A DNA stretch of 64,000 bases, from the NCBI RefSeq assembly GCF_006345805.1, contig NC_043006.1, forward strand, positions 49,104,001 to 49,168,000. The letters run 5' to 3'. Position numbers and translations under genes: made by a program. Below are positions 24,799 through 39,039 of this stretch, one piece after another. The DNA is from Octopus sinensis. Taxonomy: Eukaryota. Position 1 is the stretch's first letter. Each line of letters begins with the position of its first letter. The notes beneath the pieces are model-generated. The model was not told the origin of the DNA. It saw only the letters and a list, made by a program, of their open reading frames with translations, and ran no database searches.

Positions 24799-24835
<37 letters not shown>

Positions 24836-26416
24836 ATGATGTTGGTGATGATGAAGACTGCTGCTGCTGCTGCTGATGATGATGATTCATAGCCACCATT
24901 ATTAATGAATTTTAATCAATTTATCTTCATAAAAAAATATGTTAAATGTGTTCATTAAAGGAAAGCATATTTTCTCAATTAAACTAAAAAGATAAATTTA
25001 GAAAAGCCATATTGATGAATGGTTGTGTGGTTAAGAATCTTGGTTTGCAACCACATGGTTTCGGGTTCAGTCCCACTGTGCAGCACCTTGGGCAAGCCTA
25101 CTATAATCCCAGGCTGGCCAAAGTCCTAAGAGCAGATTTGGTATGTGGAAACTTAAAGAAACCCTTTGTGTATATGTATACATGTGTGTGCATGTATGTA
25201 TGTATGTATATATATATATATCTGTACTCTTTTACTTGCTTCAGTCATTTGACTGCAGCCATGCTGGAGCACCGCCTTTAGTCGAGCACATCGCCCCCAG
25301 GACTTATTCTTTGTAAGCCTAGTACTTATTCTATCTGTTTCTTTTGCCGAACTGCTAAGTTACAAGGACATAAACACACCAGCATCGGTTGTCAAGCGAT
25401 GTTGAGGGGACAAACACAGACACACAAACATATGCACACACACACACACACACATATATACGATGGGTTTCTTTCAGTTTCCGTCTACCAAATCCACTCA
25501 CAAAGCTTTGGTCGGCCCGAGGCTATAGTAGAAGCCTGGAAACAGGTAAGGGTTGGCAACAGAATGAGTATCCAGCCACAGAACATTTGTCTCAATGGAA
25601 TCCATCTAACCCATGCAGGTATGTAAAAATGGACGTTAAAACAATGATGATGGGGATGATATTTAACTGTGTTTTATAATGGTCTGGTGCAGTCAGCCAT
25701 CACTCGCAAGTTTGGTCTTTGCAAAACCATACTTTTGTGAATTGTTTTAGATGTCTATGATATAGTTGCAGACATAGATGTGCTCTTGTTCTTCCATACT
25801 ACTCAACCTATACCCCCAGTGGAACATCTAGGATGTGATAACTGGTGTGAATGAGGAATGACCAAACTGGCACTCTGTTGGTTACAAGGACAAGGATTCC
25901 AACTGATCCAATCAACGGAACAGTCTGCCCATGAAATTTATGCATATTTGTGGCTGAGTACTCCAGAGACATGCATACCCTTAACGTAGTTCACAGGAAG
26001 ATTCAGCATGACACAGAATGCGACAAGGCTGGCCTTTTGAATTACAGGTACAACTCATATTTGCCAGCTAAGTGGACTGGAGCAATGTGAAATGAAGTGT
26101 CTTGCTCAAGGACCCAATGTGCCACCGGGAATCACTCATGACCTTACAATCATGAGCCGAATATTCAAACTATTAAGCCATACACCTTCACTTGAGGGAT
26201 GACCAAACACCCAGCTGGACTCATTAGAGTTTAATTGACTGAAGCAAGGGGAAAAGAAGTGCCTTGCTGAAGGTCACAATGCACTGCCTGTTTCAGGAAT
26301 TGAACTCATAACTTTATGATCATCATAAAGTTATGAACATTCTAACCACATTCCTTCGCTATGACAATCAGAAATGATGATTTTAGAGCATTTCATTCAT
26401 ATTTAAGGGTCTTTAA

Positions 26417-26884
26417 CCCTTTCGTTACTGTATTTATTTTGAGATGCTCTGTGTTTCTTTCAATTAATTTAAATATAACAAAGAATTTAATAAATAACTT
26501 TGTTATCATTCAACTTGTGTTAGGAACATAAATTGTGACTAAGGTTTGGTGGAAGATTTTAATTCAAAGCTTATAAAAACAAGACATTTGTACTACAAAG
26601 CGAGAGGCAGTTTCAGCCGGGTTGGTTTCAAAAGAATTAAGAATTGCTTCTCCATATATTTTGACACTTTTGTTACCATATTTCTGTTGATGCTCTGTGT
26701 TTCTTTCAATTAAATTTAAATATAACAAAGAATTTAGTAAAATAACTTAGTTATCATTTAACTAGTGTTAGGAACATAAATTGTGACTAAGGTTTGGTGA
26801 AAGATTTTAATTCAAAGCTTATGAAAACAAGACATTTGTACTCAGAACCAGAGCCGGTTTCAGCCAGGTTGGTAATGAAAGGGT
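26417..26884. mobile_element. Two tandem piggyBac-type MITEs, family G
   Basis: TTAA|CCCTTTCGTTAC start and GTAATGAAAGGG|TTAA end; two ~225-bp units. Confidence 0.85.
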
Positions 26885-27863
26885 TAATGGAACTCCTTAT
26901 CTTGCAAGTTTGTGGAACAGTCTTGCAAGTTTCTTCGACCACTACCATCATCATCATCATTCTTTTAATGACCACTTTTTCATGCTTGCATTGGTTTGAC
27001 AGAGTTTGTTGAGGTAGATTTTTCTACAGCAATATGCTCTTCCTGTTGCCAACCTTCACCTGTTTCCAAATAAGGTAATATTTTCCATGGACAGACACGT
27101 TTCTCATGGAAGACTTGAAATGAATAACCTGTGTAGGAGGCCTTCAAAGGTGATGGGCACTTCTTTACCTTTGACAAATGTATTGGCTCCAAATTATGGC
27201 ACAAGGTCGGCAAGTTTCAGGGTATGAGAAATTCGATTATATTGACCCCACTACTCAACTGGTACTTATTTTATCAGCCTTGAAAGGATGAAAGGTGAAA
27301 CTGACCTTGGCAGAATTTGAACTCAAAATGCAAAGATGGACGAAATGTTGCAAAGCATTTTGCCTGGCATGCTAATGATTCTGCCAGATCATCACTTTCT
27401 ACTTGACTAATACATTGGTTTCAAATTTTGGCACAAGGCCAGCAAGTTCGAGGGGGGGGGGGAGCAGGAGAAAATGAACTACATTAACCCCACTACTCAA
27501 CTGGTACTTATTTTATCGACCTCAAAAAGATGAAATGCAAAATTGACCATGGCAGAATTTGAACTTGAAACACAAAGACAGACAAAATGCTGTTAAGAAT
27601 TTTGCTTGGTTTGTTAATGATTCTGCCAGCTCAATGCTTCATCCTTGACTGATATTCTTTTATTTGTTTCAGTCATTTGACTGCAGCCATGCTGGAGCGC
27701 CACCTTTAGCCGAGCAAATCGACCCCCAGGACTTATTCTTTGTAAGCCTAGTACTTATTCTATCGGTCTCTCTTACCAAACCATTAAGTTACAGCAACAT
27801 AAACACACAGCATTGCTTGTCAAGGGATGCTGGGGAGACAAAAACAAACACACAAACATATAC

Positions 27864-27894
<31 letters not shown>

Positions 27895-28789
27895 CACGAT
27901 GGGCTTTTTTCAGTTTCTGTCTACCAAATACACTCACAAGGCATTGGTTGGCCTGAGGCTATGGTAGAAGACACTTACCCAAGGTGCCACACAGTGGGAC
28001 TGAACCTGGAACCATGTGGTTGGTATAAAAGAAATAACGATAAATTCTTTGTGAAATCCTTGATTGGAAACATTTCACTGATATTGCTTTCAGAATATTG
28101 ATTTTTCACAGTAGTATGTCTTTTAGGTCTAACCAATCTGCAGACTTTTGTTGTAGGAGTGAAATTATAAACACAGGAATAATCAAGGTTTTTAGTCTTA
28201 TAATTCTATTCACATCTAGGATATGTTATTAAACAAAATATTACAAAAGGTTAAGCCATTTAGCATTTAAACTGGCCATAGTTGACCTAGATATTCTAAT
28301 TGTTTTATGTTCAAACTGACTAGATCTGGCCTCACACACCTACCCTACACTGTCATTCTAAAAATAGATAATCACACAATTGAAATCTTGAAGCTACAAG
28401 GTAATGCAAGATTAATTCAAAACAATGTGGATAGATAAACATTACATTTAACAGAATAATCTGAGGGTTAGAGTTCAATCAAATCTCCAGTACTTCATTA
28501 TTTGTACATTATTCATCAATCCAAAAAAAAAGAACAAAAAAAACCGAAAGGCAAAATTGACCTCAAAAGGGCTTGAACTCAGAATGCAAAGGTTTGTAAT
28601 TAAATACAGTAAACATTAAGTGCTGACACTCTAACAAATCTACCAATCAACTACCTGTTTTTCTAAAAGGGATTTTTATCCTTATACAGGACTTCATCAC
28701 TTCTGAAGGATGAACCCCTCTCTGGGCTCCTTCCACCAATGGCTGTCTCTGGCCAGTTGTGGCCATGTAGGTCCCAGGTAGTAGCTGAG

Positions 28790-28940
28790 ATCATCTTGCC
28801 ATCTTGACCTTGGTCAACTTTTTGATCTTGTCCATTGTCTTGGTATCCATTCTGTCACCCTGATTGTCTGATTGTCTATCCTTTGTTCTTCAGTCATGCA
28901 ATATGACCAGTCCATTTATATTTGTTCTCCTTGATGGTTC
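28790..28940 (-). mobile_element. Old RTE/BovB-like ORF 3' fragment
   Basis: Degenerate KYKWTGHIA translation. Confidence 0.5.
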
Positions 28941-30542
28941 TTTTGGGTTTTTTTTTATTTATGGAAGGATTAAAGTTTATACTATTTCTTAGTACAAATG
29001 TTCTGAGAATATAAAATCTCCGTTTGCTATGATCATACACAAATCAAAGTTGCCTCTCCTGAAATAGCATTTGGCAATGGAGTATGAGTGGGGTTGTTTA
29101 TGTTGGATTTTCACCTTGGATTGGAAAACATATCACATAGTTTGTTAGCTAGCTAGATATATTTATGTAGATAATTGAACTGATAAGAATTAGCCTAACA
29201 AAAAGTAAGGCACAGTCCTGGTGTGGATATAACTACTGCTTGCTTTAAACTATCCTTAAAAGGTAAATATCTTTCAAAAGAAGAAATGTAATTTTGATGT
29301 TTATGTCCTCAAATGAAAATTCAAAAACAGGCAACATTAATAAAACCCACCCACCACACAACAAACCAGTGTAGATTGTTATGCAATGTGTCCTAGTTAT
29401 TGTGTATGAATTAAGAAAAAAAAAGATCGTGGAATACAGACCATATGGCTGTAATTTCAATGTGTACATGTGTGTGTGTTTGTGTGTATATGTTGTGGGA
29501 ACTAGGATATTAAAAAGCTGTCCATTATATAACTTTCATCGTTGAGTCATTCATGGACACTAATTATATTCCTTTCTGCAGTGAATTTCATGTAAAAAAA
29601 AATAAATCTTAAGGTCTTTTATATATCAAATATATTCATATACTTAACATGATTTTTTTTTCCATGACATTTCTGTCAAGCCACTGTCATAAGGTTGACA
29701 AATCTCCTTAACAAAAACAACCTCCACACACCTCTTATTTTATATATCCTACTTTTTTTTTTTTCTTATCAGAGTAAATTAGAAAATCGTTTATCTCAAT
29801 CCAGTCATGCATACAATTATAGTCAGTATTAAAAACTGTCCTTTTTTTTATGACTACACACAGCTAGACAACGAAACTTAAGTGTTATTAGTGACTTGTG
29901 ACTCTAACAGTATATAGATTATGTGTGTGTGTGTGAGCGTGTGTGTACTATTAATAATAGACAGAAGGTAGAAAGTGACTCAAGGCTAAGACTTTTGTTC
30001 ATTGGCAATACATACAAATGTATGAAACTCTCAGTCCTTGAGTCACTCACTTCAACCAACTATTCATATATATATATATATAGGAGTGGCTGTGTGGTAA
30101 GTAGCTTGCTTACTACCAACCACATGGTTCCGGGTTCAGTCCCACTGCGTGGCACCTTGGGGAAGTGTCTGCAACTATAGCCTTGGGCCGACCAAAGCCT
30201 TGTGAGTGGATTTGGTAGACGGAAACTGAAAGAAGCCTGTTGTATATATGTATGTCCAACCCATGCCCCGTCCAACCCATGCCAGCATGGAAAGCGGACG
30301 CTAAACGATGATGATGATGATGATATATATATGTATGTGTGTGTGTATGTTTGTGTGTCTGTGTTTGTCCCCCCAACAACCGATGCTGGTGTGTTTACGT
30401 CCCCGTAACTTAGCGGTTCTGCAAAAGAGACCAATAGAATAAGTACTAGGCTTCTAAAGAATAAGTCCTGGGGTCAATTTGCTCGACTAAAGGCAGTGCT
30501 CCAGCATGGCTGCAGTCAAATGCCTGAAACAAGTAAAAGAGA

Positions 30543-30573
<31 letters not shown>

Positions 30574-30580
30574 ATATATA

Positions 30581-30801
30581 CAAGGTGGCCCAAAAGTAGG
30601 TTTACAGTTATCATGTAGGCACTTTAAATTTTTTGTAAAACATTTTATTACATTAAAATTTTTATCTTACAAACTGAAAATTAACTAAATTAGCATAGAA
30701 TAATGGTTTCATATAATTTTTATAATTAAGATCTAAACTGTTAAAATATGAATGCGGAAGTGATAGTTGAATAACTGTAAACCTACTTTTGGGCCACCCT
30801 G
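30581..30801. mobile_element. Tc1/mariner MITE (221 bp) in (TA)n
   Basis: 31-bp TIR CA(A/G)GGTGGCCCAAAAGTAGGTTTACAGTTAT, TA flanks. Confidence 0.9.
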
Positions 30802-31049
30802 TATAAATATATATATAATTCAAAGAAGAATACAGTGTACATTCAAACACAAAAGAGATAAAGTTTTTATTTTTCAATCACTTTCGGAATTACAATAATT
30901 GGTGGCTTGGAGTTTTAACGTACACTGTATTCTTCTCTGAATAATATATAGTCTATTGACTAATTTTTTCTTTCTTGCTAGACCACTGGTAGCAAAGAAT
31001 TTTTCAAAATTTTTTTTGCTACCCTAAGATTTATTAATTTATGATAAAA

Positions 31050-31096
<47 letters not shown>

Positions 31097-31108
31097 TATA
31101 TATATATA

Positions 31109-31329
31109 CAAGGTGGCCCAAAAGTAGGTTTACAGTTATCATGTAGGCACTTTAAATTTTTTGTAAAACATTTTATTACATTAAAATTTTTATCTTACAA
31201 ACTGAAAATTAACTAAATTAGCATAGAATAATGGTTTCATATAATTTTTATAATTAAGATCTAAACTGTTAAAATATGAATGCGGAAGTGATAGTTGAAT
31301 AACTGTAAACCTACTTTTGGGCCACCCTG
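31109..31329. mobile_element. Duplicate of the 30581-30801 MITE
   Basis: Same TIRs and interior. Confidence 0.9.
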
Positions 31330-33058
31330 TATAAATATATATATAATTCAAAGAAGAATACAGTGTACATTCAAACACAAAAGAGATAAAGTTTTTATTT
31401 TTCAATCACTTTCGGAATTACAATAATTGGTGGCTTGGAGTTTTAACGTACACTGTATTCTTCTCTGAATAATATATAGTCTATTGACTAATTTTTTCTT
31501 TCTTGCTAGACCACTGGTAGCAAAGAATTTTTCTAAATTTTTTTTGCTACCCTAAGATTTATTAATTTATGATAAAAGGTTTATATATATATATATTATA
31601 TATATATATATATATAATATATATATATGTATATACATATATTAGGGGTCAGCATGGCTGTATAATTTGCTTCCAAAACACATGGTTCTGGGTTCAGTTC
31701 CACTGCATTGTACTTTGGGTAAGTGTCTTCTACTATAGCCTCAGGTCAACCAGAGCCTTGTGAATGGATTTAGTAGACAGAAACTGAAAGAAGCCCAACA
31801 CACACACACATTTATATATATTTTGCTTAGGCATTGCAAGACTAAAAAACATGGTGTAGAACTCAATATACGAATGTCTCAAAACAAAGTGTTAGAATAT
31901 GGAACTACAATAAAAAAGAGATAACATGAGTAAAAAAAAGTTTTTGTTAAGAACTCCATTGGCTTGCAGCTGTTTCTGCTATTTGATGCAGTGGACTCAT
32001 AGTCGAGTGCCTGGATAACACCCTACAATATGAAGTGCAATTTATTTTGTAAAAAAGAATGACATTTTTAGAATATACAAGGAAAGAATTACCAGTGAGA
32101 AAGTCATCACTGAAGTATATGGAAAAGCGTATCCAAAAGGCAGTTTGAAACAGCTGTAAGCTGTTGAAGTTCATAACATACCCTTTGTTTTTCATGTCGT
32201 ATTGTTGCTATTATGTTAAACTGTCGTATGTCCAAATGCCTTTTTTTCAATAGTTATTTTTACTTGCAGTAGCCAGTTCTTTTGGTCAAACTGGTATCTC
32301 CAACTGCTTCAGATGCCAAGATATCAAAAATTGTCAAAGTGTAGTACAATGGTTTTGGAATGGAATGGTAAAACAATTTTTTCATTTTCTGAAACTTAAG
32401 ACACTTTTGCATAATAGCAACGATATATAAGAACCCATGCCAGCCTGGAAAGCAGACATTAAATTATATATATATATATACATCTTTTACTTGTTTCAGT
32501 CATTTGACTGCGGCCATGCTGGAGAACCGCCTTCAGTCAAACAAATCGACCCCAGGACTTATTCTTTGTAAGTCTAGTACTTATTTTATCAGTCTCTTTT
32601 GCCAAACCACTAAGTTACGTGGACATAAGCATACCAACATCAGTTGTCAAGCAATGGTGGAGGGCAAACACACACAAATACATACACATATATATATATG
32701 GTGGCACGTAAAAAGCACCCACTACACTCATGGAGTGGTTGGCATTAGGAAGGGCATCCAGCCGTAGAAACATTGCCAGATCAGACTGGGCCTGGTGCAG
32801 CCTTCTGGCTTCCCAGACCCCAGTTGCACCGTCCAACCCATGCCAGCATGGAAAGCGGACGCTAAATGATGATGATGATGATGATGATGATATTATATAT
32901 ATAAAACAGGCTTCTTTCAGTTTTCATCTACCAGACCCACTCACAAGGCTTTGGTCAGCACGAGGCTGTAGTAAAAAACATTTGCCCAAGAGGTCATGCA
33001 ATAGGACTGAACCCGGAACCATGTAGTTGAGAAGCAAACTTCTTACCATGCAGCCACT

Positions 33059-34760
33059 CATCCTCCTCATCATTTAACGTCTGTTGTCCATGCTGGCATG
33101 GGCTGGATGGTTTGACCAGGGCTGGCAAGCTGAAAGGCTGCACCAGACTCCAGTCTGATTTGGCATGGTTTTTGCAGCTGGATGCCCTTCCTAACACCAA
33201 CTACTCTGAGCGTGTAATGGGTGCTTTTACGTGCCACTGGCATGGGTGCCATTTGCGTGACACCAGTATCTGCCAACACTGTCATTTTCCTTGGCTTGAT
33301 GGGTCTTCTTCTCAAGCATTACATAATGCCAAAGGTCTCGGTCATTGCTTCCATGAGGCATAACACTTGAAAGGAACTCAGCCACTTTGCCTCTATGAGG
33401 CCCAATGCTTGAAAGGTTTTTTTTTTATGTGCCACCATCATGGGTCTAGTTACGTGACCACCAGATAAGGGATTGGGGGATCCTGTCAAAGGCTTTCTCC
33501 AAGTCAATAAAAGCCAAGTACACAGGTTTATCTTAGGATATGTATTTCTCCTGCAGCTGCTTTACCAGAAATATAGCATCAGTGGTGCTTCTCCCTGGCA
33601 CAAAACCAAACTGCATCTTATCTGGGCTACAACTCTCTCTGTAACTTTCATCACCTGATCCAACAATCTGATACCTCTGTAATTATTTCTGTCTAAAGTA
33701 TCAACATTACCTTTGTAGCAGTTGGCTATGGTGCTGTTACATCAGTCACTGGGTATGACTCCTTCGTGTACCACCTGATTTATACTACGGGTGACAAGAC
33801 CATAACCCACACTGCCAGATAATTTAAGCATCTCAGCAGTGATTCCTGATGGGCTGGGGTCTTTCCTTGTCTTCATATCCCTAATTGCTTTATCTGCCAA
33901 GATACTGTTGATTTGGGTAGCTGGTCCCTCGATTGGATCAACATTTGACAAACTCTCCTCCTCCTATTTATTCAGTAGTCTTTCATAATGGCATTTCCAA
34001 GCCTCTTTCTTTGCAGAATCATTAAATACAAGTGCACCATCATCCAGGCTGACACATTTCTCTCCTATGACATCACAATTTTCTCTTGCAATCTGAAACA
34101 CTTCAATTCTTTAATCCTCATGTCGCTGAACTTAGGCAAACTTCTTTTCTGCTTCTCCCTTGGCTAGATATACCTGTCTCCTAGCTTCCCTTCTGGCCAT
34201 CTGATACACTCTCTGCTACTCCACCTCTTCCAGGCTTCTTTCTTTGCTCTACTGGCCCTGTCTACAGCATTGTTCCACTACCACACCCTAGGTCTGGATG
34301 GGACTTTGCACCAGCTGCTTGTGGGGCATAGGCAGATATAACAAAAACTATACTATTCTGCAAGACAAGCCTGAGCCTAAGTACTTTATCACACACTCTG
34401 ACCTTATCCACCCATTTTTCTGCAAGGGGTATGCCCACACCACCTGCCCAATCACTGTTACCTTCCCAGAAGATTTTATACCTATGTGCCTTACCTGTGA
34501 GGAACTTGGCTGAAGCTCCTCTCCACCTTACCTCTTGGATGCAACATACATCAACACGTCTCCATTCAAGCATCTCAACAATCTTGCAAGACCTATCTTT
34601 CAATGTGCCAACTCTGAAAACTGGGAATGGGATGTGGGAGTGAACATGGGAAGAAGAGATGGTATTCAGCACTTGAAAAGGTTTCAATGATTGTTTGATA
34701 AGACATCTCACATCAGTTGTTCTTGCTTTAACCTACCAGCATTCAAACATTAAAATTGTT
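33059..34760 (-). mobile_element. Internally deleted RTE-clade LINE (APE, partial RT, 3' UTR)
   Basis: APE VDVCCIQEVRW...ISAYAPQ (34262-34711 ORF); RT KAPGPSG-like DPSPSGITAEMLK and LAFIDLEKAFD; tail near 33060. Confidence 0.9.
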
Positions 34761-36989
34761 GCCCTTAGTGGGGGTGAGTGTAATGTAAGCATTGTAAATA
34801 TAGGTGTTACTACTGCAAATATAAATAGGCCTATGTTTAAATTAAGTAATTGAATAAGCTGCTATTGGTTAATCCATTATATATAGAAAGAGGTATGCGG
34901 TTTGTTAATTTACTAAGTAACACATCTCCTTTTGATGCATGCAGTAATGTTGATGATTGGTGATGGTGGGATGGAGGTATGCGAGTCTTCTGGTACAATA
35001 ACACTGCTGCTACATAAATGGCCACTTGACTTCCTAGAAATAGCAGTCAAATAGACCTCCAATCATACTGTCATCTCAAAGAAAGGAAGGATACATTGGA
35101 TGATTCTAAACACTGCCTGAATACCTTTGGGAGCACCGGCTTTAGTCAAGCAAATCGCCCCCAGAGCTTATTCTTTGTAAGCCTAGTACTTATTCTATCG
35201 GTCTATTTTGACGAAGCGCTAAGTTACGGGGATGTAAACACACCAGCATCGGTTGTCAAGCGATGTTGGGGGACAAACACGGACACACACATATATATAT
35301 ATATATATGACGGGCTTCTTCCAGTTTCCGTCAACCAAATCCACTCACAAGGCTTTGGTTGGCCTGAGGCTATAGTAGAAGACACTTGCCCAAGATGCCA
35401 TGCAGTGGGACTGAATCATGACCAAGTTACTTACCACACAGCCACTCCTGTGCCTATATGGATACATTTCCTCACAAACTTTCCTTGTGGTGAACTCTAT
35501 TGCAATGAACTTACCTGTAATCATAGTGGGGTGCTTACAAATGTAACCTTGATTGTTGAGCAATATTATTGTTTTACTTTACACTAAAAAAATAAAAAGC
35601 CAATTAAGAGCATATCACTTCTATGTGGACAAAATAAAATCAGTTGTTCTTTATTGAACATTTCCTTTGATGTTGTTTCACAGAAATGTGCACAATCTTG
35701 CAGTCACAATCCCAACAGAAACCTGGCATCTCAACACACTTCGTGTTGCAAATCCAACTTATCTCAAGAGAATCATGCTGTAAAGACACACTTCTTGGGT
35801 TTGTACGTGCAATGAAAGATGTACACAGGCAAGAAAATCATAATAAAGTTAGTAGTGTGCTGAACAAAAAACATCCAGGATATTTATTACACCCAAGTGG
35901 CACAAACACACCCTTGCCATCAAAGACATGAATCAGTTGACTAGCGAAATGAAAACTTATAACCAACAATGCTAGTGCTCATAAAAAAAATACGATAAAT
36001 AATAATAAAAAACTAGCATAAGTGATTAATGTAACATCAAACATAAAACTAAGCTTCTCAAAAAGTCCCACGCTTTTTTTTTTTTTTACTGTAGTTTCAG
36101 CTCATAGCTGCAGCCATGCTGAGGCACCACCGCTTAACTAAATTCTCTCAATATTTTTTTTACCAATGGGCTTTGGGTTCTTAATCTATATTACTGATTC
36201 AGTCATTCCTATGCCTCTTTTCTGTTCATTTCTAGTAGGGTCACATAAGACCAAATAATTTTGAACATAATTCTTACTCCAATGACATAACTTTCGTCAT
36301 TAGTTTTGGAGGTTTTTCATTCTCTGATTAAGCTATAAATAAATTGGGGTTAACATTTTTATATCAGGCATGGGCAACCTTTTTCAAGAGGCAGGTTCCA
36401 TGAGACATGACTCATCATCATGGCTGGCCATGCTACTAAAAAAATGCAAGTTAATTTTTCATTAGGCATGTTATTCAGAAAGTTCCATGAACTGCAGTTT
36501 GCCCACAACTACTTTACATTGTTAGCAGGTCTGAGTCTTGTAAGCTGCCAGATAACATATCTAAGTATTGACTCCAGTTCAGTTTCTGTAGGAATGGCTT
36601 AGGAAACTGGAGGCGAAGAAAAAGCTTGGAAGAAGCCATGACACATGGATTGCAACGATAGGAAGTAGTGCATCCAATATCAAGTTATCTTCAGACCAGA
36701 AACCAAGTTCAAATCCTTCCATCCGAGTGGATTCTGCTAAAGGTAAACCCGTTAGCAGTTAAACCAGTCACATCTGGCTCAAATATTTTACCTGTTTTAT
36801 GTTGGATGACATTAGGAAGAGCATCCAGCTGTAGAAAAACCATGCAAAATCAGACTGGAGTCTAGTGCAGCCTTCCAGCTTACTAACCCTGGTCAAATTG
36901 TCCAACCCATGCCAGCAGTAAAAACATCATAGAAATCTTGAAGCTTCAAGATAATGCATGATTAATCTGACAGAATAATCTGAATGCGC

Positions 36990-37143
36990 AGGAGTGGCTG
37001 TGTGGTAAGTAGCTTGCTTACCAACCACATGGTTCTGGAGTTATTCCCACTGCGTGGCACCTTGGCCAAGTGTCTTCTACTATAGCCTCAGGCTGACCAA
37101 AGCCTTGTGAATGTATTAAGTAGACGGAAACTGAAAGAAGCCC

Positions 37144-37177
<34 letters not shown>

Positions 37178-37375
37178 TGTGTGTGTTTATGTGTTTGTTC
37201 CCCCAACATAGCTTGACAACCGATGATGTGTTTACATCCCCATAACTTAGCGGTTCGGCAAGAGACAGATAGAATAAGTACTAGGCTTACAGAGAATAAG
37301 TCCTGGGGTTGATTTGCTTGACTAAAGGCAGTGCTCCAACATGGCCACAGTCAAATGACTGAAACAAGTAAAGAG
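36990..37375 (+). mobile_element. SINE family A copy
   Basis: Colinear with 5477-5871. Confidence 0.9.
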
Positions 37376-37462
37376 CTAGAGTTAATCAGCTAACAGATTC
37401 AGATGAGTACATCATCATCATCATCACTTAATGTCCGCTTTCCATGCTGGTATGGGTTAAAC

Positions 37463-38008
37463 CAGCGGTTCTCAAACTTTCCAAAAAATTTTACGTGCTG
37501 GTCCTCTTACAGACTTTACGATGATTCACAGTCCCCTACAAAATACAGGATAATCAACATGGAAAAAAATGACATGTTCATGTACCGTAATTTCCAGACT
37601 ATGAACCACACTTCCCATAGACCCGCAACCCCGAAAACCACAACTTAATCCAGGCAATGCTCCAATGGGATTACAATAAATGCACATGAAAATATGGGGA
37701 ATCAGTTGATCCGTTAGTTACAAAACAAATGAGAAACAAAAAAATATCGACAGCACATGCATAATCAACCATTATACCTGTATATTTTCTAATGGCCAAT
37801 CACACTTGTACAAGTGTGATTAGCAAATGAGTGTGTAGGAGTGGTGTGGGTTTTTGAGGCCAACAATGAAAAAGGATAATAGCACGGGAAAAATTGAAAG
37901 CCTTGAAATTTTAAAACTTAACTGTCTCAAGCCACCCTGTTTTCATGATACTTCAGCATCCCTTCGCGGTCCCCTAGGGGACTGCAGACCCCAGTTTGAG
38001 AACCACTG
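37463..38008. mobile_element. hAT (Charlie-like) MITE, 546 bp, inserted in an RTE tail
   Basis: TIR CAG(C/T)GGTTCTCAAACT; 8-bp TSD GGTTAAAC/GGTTAGAC. Confidence 0.9.
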
Positions 38009-38085
38009 GGTTAGACAAATTGAGTGGAACTGGTAAGCCAGAGAGCAGCACCAGTTCCAGTCTGATTTGGCATGGTTTCTTATTT

Positions 38086-38457
38086 CTTTATTGCCCACAA
38101 GGGGCTAAACAAGGACAAAGGGATTAAGTCGATTACATCGACCCCAGTGCATAACTGGTACTTAATTTATCGACCCCGAAAGGCAAAGTCGACCTTGGCA
38201 GAATTTGAACTCAGAACGTAATGGCAGATGAAATACCTATTTCTTTACTACCCACAATGGGCTAAACACAGAGAAGACAAACAAGGACAGACAAAGGGAT
38301 TAAGTTGATTATATCGGCCACAGTACGTAACTGGTACTTAATTTATCGACCCCGAAAGGATGAAAGGCAAAGTCGACCTTGGCGGAATTTGAACTCAGAA
38401 CGTAATGGCAGACGAAATACTGCTAAGCATTTCACTGGGCGTGCTTACGTTTCTGCC
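38086..38457 (-). mobile_element. SINE family B dimer; other B copies at ~12332-12545(+), 27215-27640(-, two), 53500-53730(+), 54705-54910(+) and 56405-56630(-)
   Basis: Homology to 9263-9489; the 3' portion is present twice. Confidence 0.85.
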
Positions 38458-38619
38458 TTATTTGGCAGCATTTCTACAGCTGGATGCCCTTCCTAATGCC
38501 AACCACTCTTTTTATGTCAGTGGCATGGGTGCCATTCACATGACACCAGCCAAGGCCATGACAATTTCACAGGTGCCATTTACATAACATGGACAACAGC
38601 CACGATTACTGTTTCACTT

Positions 38620-38740
38620 GGCATCGCCTCCATGAGGCCCAACATTTGAAGATCATGCTTCACCACCTCGTCCCATGTCTTCCTGGGTCTACCTCTTTCA
38701 CAGGATCCCTACACAGTTAGAGATCGGCAGTGCTTTACAT
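38620..38740 (-). mobile_element. RTE ORF 3' fragment
   Basis: Homologous to the GRPRKTWDEVVKHDL region of 23213-23542. Confidence 0.75.
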
Positions 38741-39039
38741 AGTTGTTCTTCTTCCAATCAGGACTCACGCCATTAGCCACAAAGAATAATCTATAATTCG
38801 AGCCTACTCTAATCTACTAAGAATGCATGTGGCAACTTGAAGATCCACCCACCACACGCAATAGACTGGTGGTTGCACGGGCATGAAAGCTACGTTGTTA
38901 TCCTCATTCCGTAAATGGTGGCTTTTAACGGGTAGAGAGCTGAAACATCCTGGGGTACAGAGGATTCGCCATCTAGACTAAGGTCTGAAAGTTTATCACA
39001 CCATAGTGGGTTAAACCATGGTTCCTCTACTTTGTGGCA

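Larger units (their letters stand above)
30560..31620. repeat. 528-bp near-identical tandem duplication bounded by (TA)n
   Basis: Identical ORFs at 30662 and 31190 (offset 528). Confidence 0.95.

Noticed and set aside
32270-32367. Plus-strand exon-like segment (ttttacttgcAG ... ATG|GTAAAA)
   Set aside because: Two frames are open but neither is recognisable, and no partner exons were found.
35674-35931. Plus-strand acceptor followed by open frames in unique sequence
   Set aside because: No homology or supportable upstream exons.
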